64,000 bases of DNA. Source: Candidatus Latescibacterota bacterium. Its GTDB lineage: Bacteria > Latescibacterota > UBA2968 > GCA-2709665. Position numbers and translations under genes: made by a program. Positions 39,674-49,731 of the stretch are shown one piece after another (position 1 is the stretch's first letter; the number at the start of each line of letters is the position of its first letter). The DNA lies in NCBI GenBank assembly GCA_963662665.2, contig CAXXJS010000040.1, positions 320,001 through 384,000 of the forward strand, written 5' to 3'. The notes under the pieces are model-generated. The model searched no databases. It saw nothing but the letters and a program-made list of their open reading frames with translations, and had not been told where the DNA came from.

Positions 39674-42136
39674 ATGAAAAACCTCATTTGGAAACGTAGC
39701 CCGCGCTGTCCGGTTCGCCTGTGTGTCTGGTTGTGGGCTCTGACTGTTTCGTCGGCGTCGCAGATACCGGCGAGTGAGCCGATAGGGAGTTCAATCCGGC
39801 CGGCGGCGCGAGATTCCCTGGTTTCTGCGTCCGAACGGCACCTGCATTCGGGAGCTTTCCAGGATGCGGCGGAAATCCTCGGGCGGCTTGTCGCGGCATT
39901 TCCGGACGATGCCAACCTCCGGACGCGCCACGGGTACACTTTGCTGAAAACGAATGATTTCAAGGCCGCCATACAGGCCTTTGAAGCCTCCAAAACGCTG
40001 GACCCGGACCGTCCGGACGTCTACGTGGGCCTCGGACTCGCAAAATTGAGAAATTCGGGAAAGGGACTGGAAGCGTTTTTCAACTTTCGTCAGGCAGTCG
40101 GCGAAGCCATGTCCGCCATTGAGATCAACGCCGCTTACGGTCCGGCCTATCGGCTTCTCGGGGAGGCCTACGGACGATTTGAAGAAGACCACGAAAAGGC
40201 CCTGGGCTATTACACGACCTACATCGAACTGGAACCCGACAACCCCGAAGGACGCTACGAATTCGGACTATCGCTGGTCCAGCTCGGGCAGTTCGACAAG
40301 ATCGACGAATACATTACCCCCTTTATCGAAACGCACCCGTCGAAGACCCGGCTGCTTCCACTGGCCGGGCAGGCGCATTTCTACCTGGAACGGTTCGGCC
40401 GGGCCCTGGAGCTCTTCGAGCGGTACCTGCAGACGCTGGACCCCGCCGAGCGCGGCCTCTATACAGACATCTCACTCATCGCCTCCGCGGAGGAACTCGA
40501 AGCATACCGGTCCGCCACAGGGGAGGAAAGGGCAACCTTCCTCAACAGGTTCTGGCTAAAAAGGGATTCCGATATCCTGACCGCAATCAATGAACGGGTC
40601 ATTGAGCACTATCGCCGCGTCTGGTACGCCCGGACGTTCTTCGCCACGGGCGCCAACCCATGGGACAAACGCGGTGTGGTCTACATACGCTACGGAGAAC
40701 CCGATTACCGGTCCCGGTCCACGCGCAGGCAGTTTGTGCAGAATCCCAGGGTCCAGGCCGTACGGGACCGGATGGCAGTCGCCCTCTACGGCGACGAGGC
40801 CGCGTTGCTGACATTTACGGGACCCGTATTTCCGGTGCGAGCGAATCGCAGCCACCTGGAGGCCACGCTCTTCGACCGGGAGGAGAACCGGGATGCACCC
40901 GGCATGACAACGGCTGAAGACGAAATGGCCGTTGACGCCTCCCAGGTGTCGGCACAGGCGGAGCGCGAAACTAACCCCCTGGAGACGATCCGGGAAGACA
41001 GTCGTTTCGACGAGTTCGGGAATCTGAATACCCGGCTCAATTTCGGCGGGTACGCCCCGATTACGCTGGACAACGAGGTCGGAACCGTGCCATGGGAAAC
41101 CTGGACGTATACGCGTATCGGAAACGGCATGGAAATTACTTTTACGGACGAAAGGGGAACAGGGGCTTTCGACTTTGCGCCGATCCCGCCTCCATCGCTG
41201 GATACGGACGTTACCCGGATGTCCCGCTTCACGGAATACGCCCCGGGCGTCGTTTTTCGAAACGCGGTCTCCCGCATGCCCGACGTCTACCGTCCCAGAT
41301 TTCACCATCCCCCGTTGGACTTCTACTTCGACCTGGCCAGTTTCCGGGCGCCTGAGGGGGGGACCACATTGGAGGTCTACTATGGGATACCCGCCACACA
41401 GGTGAAGGTCGCCCGCAGGCGCGACGTCTCATATATCCAGATCAAATGCGCGATGGCCCTGGCCAACGCGGACTACAGCAAGATTCACCGGACGGATTCC
41501 AGCCGCGCCTATCGCGTCGCGAGCGACTACAGAGGATCCCACAAAGCATTCATGCCGGAGTTGCTCAAACTACAGGTTCCGCCGGGGAAATACGACCTTC
41601 AGGTTCAGATAAAGGATCTGCTTTCCGGCCATACCGGAATATACAGGCAGTCGGTGGAAGTGAAGGAATATCCCGAGGATCGGCTGCGGATCAGCGACAT
41701 ACAACTTGCCGCCACAATCGGCGAAACGAAGCTGCAGGAGCGATTCAAAAAGGGCGAAGTGTGGGTTGTGCCCATGCCAACCCGGAACTACAGGGGAGCC
41801 CAGCAGGTATACGCATACTACGAGATCTACAACTTGAAGAAGGACCGGTTCGGGCAGACGCGTTTCAAGGTAAAATACGTGGTGCGATACGTTTCGAAAC
41901 CCATCCGCGGGGCGCTCGGATCGGTCGCATCCGGTCTCCGCTCGCTTTTCAGGAGCAAGAGACCCCAGGTTTCGGTTTCGTACGAACACGAGGGGACCGA
42001 TCCGAACGAACAGGGTTACTTGGAAATCGATCTGGGAAAGGTCAAACACGGGGTGAATGTCCTTGAGGTGAATATTAAAGATCTTGTCAGCGGAAAGAGT
42101 GAGGACCGCGAAATTCGCTTTCAGTACGGTGGTTGA
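39674..42136 (+). CDS. TPR plus GWxTD-domain protein
   Basis: N-terminal hydrophobic leader, TPR repeats, FW..RD...EHYRRV.YA..F...WDKRGVVYIRYGEPD, C-terminal YYEIYNL beta domain. Confidence 0.85.
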   Translation: MKNLIWKRSPRCPVRLCVWLWALTVSSASQIPASEPIGSSIRPAARDSLVSASERHLHSGAFQDAAEILGRLVAAFPDDANLRTRHGYTLLKTNDFKAAIQAFEASKTLDPDRPDVYVGLGLAKLRNSGKGLEAFFNFRQAVGEAMSAIEINAAYGPAYRLLGEAYGRFEEDHEKALGYYTTYIELEPDNPEGRYEFGLSLVQLGQFDKIDEYITPFIETHPSKTRLLPLAGQAHFYLERFGRALELFERYLQTLDPAERGLYTDISLIASAEELEAYRSATGEERATFLNRFWLKRDSDILTAINERVIEHYRRVWYARTFFATGANPWDKRGVVYIRYGEPDYRSRSTRRQFVQNPRVQAVRDRMAVALYGDEAALLTFTGPVFPVRANRSHLEATLFDREENRDAPGMTTAEDEMAVDASQVSAQAERETNPLETIREDSRFDEFGNLNTRLNFGGYAPITLDNEVGTVPWETWTYTRIGNGMEITFTDERGTGAFDFAPIPPPSLDTDVTRMSRFTEYAPGVVFRNAVSRMPDVYRPRFHHPPLDFYFDLASFRAPEGGTTLEVYYGIPATQVKVARRRDVSYIQIKCAMALANADYSKIHRTDSSRAYRVASDYRGSHKAFMPELLKLQVPPGKYDLQVQIKDLLSGHTGIYRQSVEVKEYPEDRLRISDIQLAATIGETKLQERFKKGEVWVVPMPTRNYRGAQQVYAYYEIYNLKKDRFGQTRFKVKYVVRYVSKPIRGALGSVASGLRSLFRSKRPQVSVSYEHEGTDPNEQGYLEIDLGKVKHGVNVLEVNIKDLVSGKSEDREIRFQYGG

Positions 42137-42229
42137 CGGAGAGCCGCCGCGTACTTCAATCGGCAGGACGGCGACGGAAACGTCGACTTCGCGGACTTCA
42201 TCGCCTTCGCCCACGCATTCGGCGCCTGA
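42137..42229 (+). other. Dockerin/EF-hand-like peptide in frame after the GWxTD stop codon
   Basis: After TGA 42134-42136 the same frame reads RRAAAYFNRQDGDGNVDFADFIAFAHAFGA*. Confidence 0.6.
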
Positions 42230-42258
42230 AGAAACCGGCAATTCAGGAGAAATCGGCA

Positions 42259-43389
42259 GTGCCAACAATTGAGTTTCCGGACGGTCGCGAGTCGTTTCGG
42301 ACCCCTGGCCGCCTGGCCTGGCTCTGCATTCGCATCGCTGCCGGCGTTGCTGTCGTCGTAGTACCGTTCGGCTATGCGATCACCGGCGCCCACAAGGACG
42401 TCCTGATGGGGGCGGGTTCCGGGCTCGCGTTCGGCATCGGCCTGGGCCTTCGCATGGGGCAGCGTACCGGTCTGTCTACGGGCATCCTGATCGGTTCCGT
42501 GGCCGGGCTGATCACGGCGCTACTGGCCGGCATCATACCCCAGGACGGCACACTTTTCATCGTTCCGCCGGTCGTCGCGCTCGCCGTTGGTCTGGTCGAC
42601 GGCATCTCGCCGGCGGTCCGGCATGGATATCGGCGCGCCGTCCTCGAGTCCCTCACGATGTCGGTCCTGCTCGGATTGGGTCTGCTGCCCGGACTCGGCG
42701 TCCACGGGCTGATATCTTCACTAATGGTGATCGCGCCGACTGCCCTTATTGCGGGTTCGTACGGACAGATCGCCTCCAGGCGCCCTTTCCGTCCGCCGGC
42801 ATTGCTGATACTCGGGTCTCTGGCGATGTGGGCTTCTGTCGTATTTCTGGCAGCGGGGGAGTTCGAGAGGCGAACCGTCCACATATACGACGTTCCGATC
42901 AGCGCCATTCTGATCGCGACGATATATATTGTCGTGTGTATGATTATCGTACCGATCGCCACGTTCCTTACGGGGCGGGCGGCCGCGGTGTGGATTCAGC
43001 CGCGGCTTCGCGTTTACAGGCAACTCACCGAGTACCTGAGGGTAATGTGGGTCCCGATTGGCAGCTTTGCGATCGGCTATCTGACGCTGATTGTCCTGTT
43101 CGCCGGATTCTACGGCATGCTGGGACGATTCAGCCGGGACGCGTTCTCGGGTGACGGCAACGCATCCGGCATCGTCGACTGGATTGCGTTCTCTTTCTTT
43201 ACCTCTCTGGCGAGGGACTACTCGGAAATCATTCCTCAGTCCCTGGCGGCGCGTGCGCTTGTCGCCGGCCACCTGGTCCTTTCGATCGGGTGGGGCCTGG
43301 TTGTATTCGCTGCCGTGATGTCTTACATCCAACCGCAGATCGAGCGGATCGCCAGGCGGGAGAAAACCGGCGACGACGACGCGACCTGA
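42259..43389 (+). CDS. Multi-TM membrane protein with a C-terminal Ion_trans_2-like channel module
   Basis: GTG after AGGAG; Gly-rich TM helices; FAGFY...WIAFSFFT...IIPQSLAARALV pore-helix pattern. Confidence 0.6.
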   Translation: MPTIEFPDGRESFRTPGRLAWLCIRIAAGVAVVVVPFGYAITGAHKDVLMGAGSGLAFGIGLGLRMGQRTGLSTGILIGSVAGLITALLAGIIPQDGTLFIVPPVVALAVGLVDGISPAVRHGYRRAVLESLTMSVLLGLGLLPGLGVHGLISSLMVIAPTALIAGSYGQIASRRPFRPPALLILGSLAMWASVVFLAAGEFERRTVHIYDVPISAILIATIYIVVCMIIVPIATFLTGRAAAVWIQPRLRVYRQLTEYLRVMWVPIGSFAIGYLTLIVLFAGFYGMLGRFSRDAFSGDGNASGIVDWIAFSFFTSLARDYSEIIPQSLAARALVAGHLVLSIGWGLVVFAAVMSYIQPQIERIARREKTGDDDAT

Positions 43390-43423
43390 CTCGCGCGCAT
43401 GAAGGATGACACGGAGGACAGCA

Positions 43424-45856
43424 ATGTTGAAATTAAAGGTGTTGCAGGTTGAGGTGAACCGCGTGCGGTTGGGGGTCGAACTGGCAGATCACGCCGGGGC
43501 CCGGATATACCGGTCGCGGCGGGCAACCGGACCCTTTGAAGAGGTCGGGGTGGCGTTCAAGGAGACGTACGACGATACGGTGCATCTGGCGCCGGGCAGG
43601 ACACATTACTATCTGGCAATGGAATGGCGGGCGCCCAGTCTGTATCCGGAAACGAGCAGCCTCGGTGAAGGGACTCCGCTTAGAGTTACCGTGCCCCGCG
43701 CGCAGAAGGAACGCCGTTTCGTGCTGACGGAAAACCGGGAGGAATTTACGATCTCTATGGGTGGGTACCTGGACGAATCCAACACGGTCACGGTGGGCCC
43801 GGAGGTCTACTGTCCCGGCCCGAATTCGAGTATGCCGCCGTACGACCAGGTCTTCGAACCCAACCAGTACGTCGTCATCGAAAACCTGGGAGAGAACGAC
43901 GTGGAGAACCCGTGGGTGGTTGCCAACGGGCACCGGGACTGGTGGTCGGTGGAAACGATGACAAGAGAGATCGCCGGCATCGCCGGGGGCGGCCGGCTGG
44001 ACGACCGGGACAAGATGATGGCGATCTGGAAATTCGTGGTGGACGAACTCTATGACAGCCGCATCGGCCTGTCCTGGTTCGACCAGACCAGCGACCCGGT
44101 CAGACTCTTCAACGTCTACGGATTCGAGGGCTGCGTGGCCAACGCGATCACCAGCCGTCGCCTCGCCGAACAGATGGGCGTGAAGAGCCGGGAAATCTGG
44201 CTGGGCGGCACCATCGACGGATACGGGCGCGGGCGCAGTTGCGGGCACGATATCTTCGAGGCGTTCGCGGACGGGGACTGGCATTTTCTGGACACGGACC
44301 TGATGGTGTTTTTCCTCAAGCGGGACAACAGGACGGTTGCAGGATCCGAGGACTTTTCCCGGGATATCGACCTGCTGCGCCGCTCCCACCGCAATCTGGG
44401 GCTGTGTGGGCGCGATCTGCCCGAGAAGGACTATTACTACACGCCCTTCCGGGAACGCCAGTACGTCTATCCGCCCAATAAGGGCGGCGCATGGATGGAC
44501 GCCACGGGGAAGATAAAGCAGACGCCTGGCGAATACCCGCCAGCGCAGACGATGGCGCTGCGGCTCCGGCCGGGGGAGAAACTCGTCCGCTATTGGGACA
44601 ACGTGGGAAAGAACGTGATCAGGGGGAAACGGCTCTACCCGACCGTGAAATATTCCAACGGGAAACTGGCGTACCGGCCCGACCTTCGCGGTCCGCTTGC
44701 ATTGAATGGGATGGAATCGATAATCAATGTCGCGCAGGAGACGTCGGGGAGTCGCGTTGCCCTGCATCCGGAAAAGAAAAGCGAGGTTTCGGAGGTGGTG
44801 TGGCGGGTGGCGTCTCCCTATGCAATTGCCGGGGCGCGGCTGGGCATCCGATGTCGATGCGACACGCAGGAAGACGGCCTGGAAGTGCTGTTTTCCAAGG
44901 ATGGCGAAACCTGGCGGTCCTTGTGGGTCGCCATCGGACGGCGTCTGGACGCCTGCGTGAACCTGGACTGGTACCTGAACCCGGCCCTGAACGACTGGCG
45001 TGGGGAAACCGACCTCGGATGGCGGATGGGGCCCTGTTATCAGTACTACATAAAAGTGGCCATGTGGGCGGGGTCCCGGCCCCACGGGGTGGGACTGGAC
45101 GCGATCCGTTTCGATACGGATATCCAGTGCGCCACGCGGTCCCTGCCTTCGCTATTCTGCGGCGAGAACAAGGTCGCGTATCGGGACGACGGCCCGGGGG
45201 ATCGAAAGGTACAGGTCACGTATGGCTGGCAGGAGGAACGATTCATCCGGCCACCGGGAACGCCCGGGTTGGTTTTTCCCGAAAATGGATCCGACGTCAA
45301 CAGCCTGGATTTCGAATTTCGCTGGAAGCGTCCGCGAGCGGGCAGCGGGGAAGTCGACGATTACCATATCCAGGTGAGCCGATACGCGGACTTCAGATGG
45401 TGCGTATGCCCCGCATTCGACCGATATGTAGGAAGAACCGCCTGCGCGGGCGGGACGACGTGGCAGGCGGAGTTTCCGAATCTCCTGAATCCTGACGAAA
45501 CCTATTATTGGCGTGTCAGGGCGCGGAATGAAAAGGGCGTATGGGGAGACTGGAGCGAAGTGCGTTCCTTCGTGCCCCACGGACCGCGCCTTCCGATCGA
45601 CCTCACGGTGAAGGGCCGGGGTAAAGTGCGAACGCTGGAATGGTCCGCGAACGTGGACGGGAACCCGGCGGTGCGTTATCGTGTTCACGGGTGCCCCGAG
45701 CCCGGCGGATTCTCCGCGACGGATGAGAACCTGCTGGGCGACGTCGAAGAGGCCCGCTGGCCGCTGAATGGCGTGGAGAAGGGCATGTCCTATCGTGTCG
45801 TGGCGGTGGACGCCGGCGGCGTCACGAGTACGCCGTCGGAATACATTACGGTGTGA
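43424..45856 (+). CDS. FN3 plus transglutaminase-like domain protein
   Basis: GGAGG RBS; IYRS..GPF..V FN3; YGFEGC...GHDIFE..ADGDWHFLDTD; YYWRVRA and YRVVAVD FN3 domains. Confidence 0.65.
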   Translation: MLKLKVLQVEVNRVRLGVELADHAGARIYRSRRATGPFEEVGVAFKETYDDTVHLAPGRTHYYLAMEWRAPSLYPETSSLGEGTPLRVTVPRAQKERRFVLTENREEFTISMGGYLDESNTVTVGPEVYCPGPNSSMPPYDQVFEPNQYVVIENLGENDVENPWVVANGHRDWWSVETMTREIAGIAGGGRLDDRDKMMAIWKFVVDELYDSRIGLSWFDQTSDPVRLFNVYGFEGCVANAITSRRLAEQMGVKSREIWLGGTIDGYGRGRSCGHDIFEAFADGDWHFLDTDLMVFFLKRDNRTVAGSEDFSRDIDLLRRSHRNLGLCGRDLPEKDYYYTPFRERQYVYPPNKGGAWMDATGKIKQTPGEYPPAQTMALRLRPGEKLVRYWDNVGKNVIRGKRLYPTVKYSNGKLAYRPDLRGPLALNGMESIINVAQETSGSRVALHPEKKSEVSEVVWRVASPYAIAGARLGIRCRCDTQEDGLEVLFSKDGETWRSLWVAIGRRLDACVNLDWYLNPALNDWRGETDLGWRMGPCYQYYIKVAMWAGSRPHGVGLDAIRFDTDIQCATRSLPSLFCGENKVAYRDDGPGDRKVQVTYGWQEERFIRPPGTPGLVFPENGSDVNSLDFEFRWKRPRAGSGEVDDYHIQVSRYADFRWCVCPAFDRYVGRTACAGGTTWQAEFPNLLNPDETYYWRVRARNEKGVWGDWSEVRSFVPHGPRLPIDLTVKGRGKVRTLEWSANVDGNPAVRYRVHGCPEPGGFSATDENLLGDVEEARWPLNGVEKGMSYRVVAVDAGGVTSTPSEYITV

Positions 45857-45962
45857 GCGCAATCCAACTTTCTTGATGAAGACCGTTTCAGCGGGAATTC
45901 GGCCACAAGGGCCGGACGGAGCCCGGATGGGCTCTTTCAACGGGCTGATAAGGGAGAAACGT

Positions 45963-47012
45963 ATGTCCGGACGCGAATACAGTGCGGTTATCGTGGGGCT
46001 GACGGGAATCGGGGCCAGACGTCCGGCGGAAGCGGAGGGTCTGCCGCTATACGGCGCGATGCCCATGTCGCATGCCTCGGCTTATTACCGGTGTCCTCAG
46101 ACCCGTCTGACCGCCGTGTGCGACCTTCGCAAGGAGGCGCTGGACGGTTTCCGGGAGAATTGGAAAGACGTGTGGCCGGAGATGCACTACTACGTCGATT
46201 ATCGGGAGATGCTGGAAGCCGAAAGTCCCGATCTGGTGAGCGTCGCGACGTCCGACCACGTCCACGCCGATATCGTTGTGGCCGCGGCAGAGCGCGGTAC
46301 GCCCGCGATTCTTTGCGAGAAACCCCTGGCAACAACGCTCGAAGACGCCGACCGAATGATTGCCGCGGCCGAAGCAAACGGGACCATTCTTTCAGTCGAC
46401 CACTCCCGCAGGTGGTACCCGCAGTACCTCAAGGCGCGTGAGATTATCAGAAGCGGGCAGATCGGACCGCTACGCACCATCGAGTGCGAGATGTTCGGCC
46501 TGCGATCGATGCTGTTTCGCAACGGGACCCACGCCCTGGATACGGTCTGCTTTTTCGCCGACGGAGACCCCCTTTGGCTGGTGGCGGACCTGGAGGACGG
46601 GTTCGAACATTTCACCGAGTATCAGGGAGGCGGAGGAAAGGATGCCGCGAGCGATCCGTATGCTTCGGCCTATATCCGGTTCGAGAACGGTGTCAGGGCT
46701 TTTTTCAACTCCTGCAAGACGGCTTTTTCCGGGTGGCGATTCGTTCTGACATGCGAAGACGGGCGTGTGGAAGCGACCGATACGTCTGCCAGGCTGATCC
46801 GCGGGACCCCGTTCGACACTTCCGAGATTGTCACAGAACACTACATGCTGCATTCCAAGGGCGCCCTGGTGGCGGAACTGGTGCATCTGCTGGAACACGG
46901 CGGAAACCCGGTGTCTCCCGCGAGGGAGGCGCGAAAGTCGCTGGAGATTATCCTGGGTATCCTGAAGTCGCACCACGCGGGCAACGCCCGGGTCGACTTT
47001 CCACTGTCCTGA
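45963..47012 (+). CDS. Gfo/Idh/MocA family oxidoreductase
   Basis: IVGLTGIG, CEKPLA, NGTHALD. Confidence 0.9.
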   Translation: MSGREYSAVIVGLTGIGARRPAEAEGLPLYGAMPMSHASAYYRCPQTRLTAVCDLRKEALDGFRENWKDVWPEMHYYVDYREMLEAESPDLVSVATSDHVHADIVVAAAERGTPAILCEKPLATTLEDADRMIAAAEANGTILSVDHSRRWYPQYLKAREIIRSGQIGPLRTIECEMFGLRSMLFRNGTHALDTVCFFADGDPLWLVADLEDGFEHFTEYQGGGGKDAASDPYASAYIRFENGVRAFFNSCKTAFSGWRFVLTCEDGRVEATDTSARLIRGTPFDTSEIVTEHYMLHSKGALVAELVHLLEHGGNPVSPAREARKSLEIILGILKSHHAGNARVDFPLS

Positions 47013-47024
47013 GGAGGACGCCTT

Positions 47025-48317
47025 ATGAAGATTGTCGATCCGGATGCTGTCTGGGACGTGCGCCCGTGGGGGTGTCCGGCTTTCACCGTGCAGGACTTCA
47101 ACGGCGATGGAAAGAACGAAGTCCTGTTCGTGCAGAACGCGGGCGCGCATGCCAACGAAGCGTTCGATCCGCGTTTTCCTGAGGTACAGGGGTACAAGAC
47201 CGGCGTGGAAGAACAGGAGCTTTTCTGTCTGACCCTTACCGACGGGGCGGGACAGATTCTATGGCAGGTGGGAGAACCGTGGGGGCTCGACAGACCGTTC
47301 TCGTGGAACGGAAGCAATTTCTGCCAGGTGGTGGATCTGGACGGGGACGGACAGGTCGAGATAATGCTCATCCACAAATCCGAGTTGATGGTGTACAAAG
47401 GGGCCACCGGTGAGTTGCGAAGCACGCACAGGCTGCCCCATTCGGGTTTTTATTACGCCCGAGCGGTCCGGACCGATCGCTCAGGCAGGTATCACATCTT
47501 CACGAAGAGCGTGACCACCTCGGCCACTCACGGCTACGGGAATCCTTCTCTCCTGCTGGACCACAACTTCAACGTGGTATGGGAGGTGGAGGTGGACGGC
47601 GCCGGCCATGGCGGCAATTACGCCGACGTGGACGGCGACGGGCTGGACGAACTCCTGATCGGCTTCAGCCTGTTCGACCACGACGGCGGCCCCCTGTGGT
47701 CGCATCCCCCCATGTCCGAAAACGATCATCTGGACGATTCTGTGATTGCCGATATAGACGACGACGGACGGCTCGAATTCGCCCTTGCCCACGACGGGCA
47801 CGATGCGGTCGTACACAATTCGGACGGAACGGTGCGGTTCACCGTTCCGATGCATCATTGCCAGAACATCCTGCCGGGAAGATTCTTCGAGGACGAAACC
47901 GGGCTGCAACTGGCCTTTGTGGACAAGGCGATGGGACGTGCGGAGGAACGGGAGGCCGCAATCGTCAATTCCGGCGGCCGCGAGTTGTCCAGGCATCGGA
48001 CGATGGGCTATTATTCGGTCATTTCCTGGGCGACCGATCTGGGCAGAGACAGCCTGATGCGCCTGGAATGGCCGGCCCGATCCAGCGCCGAACACCGCGT
48101 GTTGTGGGTGGACCCCACGGGAAGGGAACTCGCGCGGCTGAAAGTCAGAGTGAATTTCCACGACCGGTTTCAGAAGTTCGGTCTCGAGTCATTTCCCGCC
48201 GGGGGCCGTTATTTCGGGACGTGCCATAACTCCGCCATCGGAGACCTCGACGGAGATGGACACGACGAGTTCCTGGTAACGGATCGTGAGAAGGTATGGG
48301 TTTTCAAGAAGCCATGA
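47025..48317 (+). CDS. FG-GAP/VCBS-repeat beta-propeller (rhamnogalacturonan lyase-like) protein
   Basis: Repeated DxDGDGxxE Ca-binding loops (DFNGDGKNE, DLDGDGQVE, DVDGDGLDE, DLDGDGHDE). Confidence 0.7.
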   Translation: MKIVDPDAVWDVRPWGCPAFTVQDFNGDGKNEVLFVQNAGAHANEAFDPRFPEVQGYKTGVEEQELFCLTLTDGAGQILWQVGEPWGLDRPFSWNGSNFCQVVDLDGDGQVEIMLIHKSELMVYKGATGELRSTHRLPHSGFYYARAVRTDRSGRYHIFTKSVTTSATHGYGNPSLLLDHNFNVVWEVEVDGAGHGGNYADVDGDGLDELLIGFSLFDHDGGPLWSHPPMSENDHLDDSVIADIDDDGRLEFALAHDGHDAVVHNSDGTVRFTVPMHHCQNILPGRFFEDETGLQLAFVDKAMGRAEEREAAIVNSGGRELSRHRTMGYYSVISWATDLGRDSLMRLEWPARSSAEHRVLWVDPTGRELARLKVRVNFHDRFQKFGLESFPAGGRYFGTCHNSAIGDLDGDGHDEFLVTDREKVWVFKKP

Positions 48318-49723
48318 CGCCCGAAGCCATTCTTAACAGGGTCTGCGATTCGATCGACGTGCTGGTTGAGTTGGGAAAGCCCTACAGTGGTCTGTTTCCG
48401 TCCATGCTGGATCTGGAAACGCATCGGATGTTGACGGAACTGCCGCCGCCGATTCACGGACAGCGGATGGGCGACCGCGCTTTCCTTGGCAGCAATCTCA
48501 TGCACGACCAGCACGTGCTCAAGATCATGTACACCCTGGACCGTGACGGTTACCGGGATGCAGCTGACAGGTACCTGCACCGGTTCGCGACCCATTGCAC
48601 GGATACGGTTACCGGCCTGTTCCCGTGGGGGGAGCACGCGTACTGGCACCTCGTAGAGGACCGGGTGGGCGACAGCCACCGCCTGGCCGATCCCGATAAG
48701 CCGCCGGGTACGACGCTGCACGACCATCTGCGGCAGTCGCCCGTCTGGCTGTGGGAAAAGCTGTATGCGTTCAACCCCCGGTGCGTCGAGCGGTTTGCCG
48801 AAGGGCTGGACTATCACTATAAGGACGGAGCGCCCAGGGAATACATCCGGCACGCCCACGTCGAGCGCAGAGAGCGGCTGGACCGGGGACCGGAGTCCAC
48901 GGATTTTCCCCGTCACGGCGGGTTTTACATTCTGGACTGGGCGTTCGCCTGCGTGAAGACGAGACGCGGGGATTTTCTGAGACAGATCCGCACCATGCTG
49001 GACTACTGGTGGCCCCACCGGGACGCGTCCGGCCTGTTGCTGTCCAAGACGAGGTGTCCTGAAGCGTCGGCGCTGATGCACAACGTGAACACCCCCCCGC
49101 AGACGGTTTCACTCGCGGCCAGCCTGCTGGAGGCCGCTGAACTGCTCAATGGAAATGCGCCGGAGCTGATCGACCTTATGCGGAGGCGAGCCGGTGTGTA
49201 TATCGAAGGCTTTCTGTCGGCCCCTCACGATCCGGACGCGGGCGTCTTCGTGGCAGCATGCCGGCGTGAAACGAATGAAGTGGTGAGCACGAACCCCGTC
49301 TGGGGAAGCATCTATGGGAACTGGCCGCTGGCTTACGTGGCGCTGATCGCCCTGTGCATCTACAGGATGACGGAGGACGAACGGCTGCTGAATTGGGCGG
49401 AAAATGCCGGGCGCTGGTATCTGAAATCCCACTTCCCCGAAGGCGTACCGGTCCCGGCGATGGATGCCGGGCTGGGGCTCGAGTTGCTCGCGGACCTCTA
49501 CGATCTCACCGGCGACACATTCTGGCTGGAACGCGGTCTGGAGTTGGCCCGGACGATGGTCCCCATTTATATGGACGGGGGTCTCGTGCGGGGCGCGGCG
49601 GGTATCGATTGGTACGAGTCCCAGATGGTTCCGGGGGACCTGCTGCACGGCATGGCGAGGCTGGCGTTGCTCGCCATACACGGGGATGCGTGTCCTCTGA
49701 CAACGAACTATACCGCGAAGTGA
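48314..49723 (+). CDS. Hypothetical alpha/alpha-toroid protein (lyase/glycosidase-like)
   Basis: ATGA-coupled to the upstream gene; TGLFPWGEH and DFPRHGG motifs; helical repeat character. Confidence 0.6.
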   Translation: MTPEAILNRVCDSIDVLVELGKPYSGLFPSMLDLETHRMLTELPPPIHGQRMGDRAFLGSNLMHDQHVLKIMYTLDRDGYRDAADRYLHRFATHCTDTVTGLFPWGEHAYWHLVEDRVGDSHRLADPDKPPGTTLHDHLRQSPVWLWEKLYAFNPRCVERFAEGLDYHYKDGAPREYIRHAHVERRERLDRGPESTDFPRHGGFYILDWAFACVKTRRGDFLRQIRTMLDYWWPHRDASGLLLSKTRCPEASALMHNVNTPPQTVSLAASLLEAAELLNGNAPELIDLMRRRAGVYIEGFLSAPHDPDAGVFVAACRRETNEVVSTNPVWGSIYGNWPLAYVALIALCIYRMTEDERLLNWAENAGRWYLKSHFPEGVPVPAMDAGLGLELLADLYDLTGDTFWLERGLELARTMVPIYMDGGLVRGAAGIDWYESQMVPGDLLHGMARLALLAIHGDACPLTTNYTAK

Positions 49724-49731
49724 GGTGATTC

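Noticed and set aside
42137-42170. SECIS element after the GWxTD TGA
   Set aside because: Only a weak 4-bp GCCG/CGGC stem and no redox-motif context; selenocysteine insertion is not supported.
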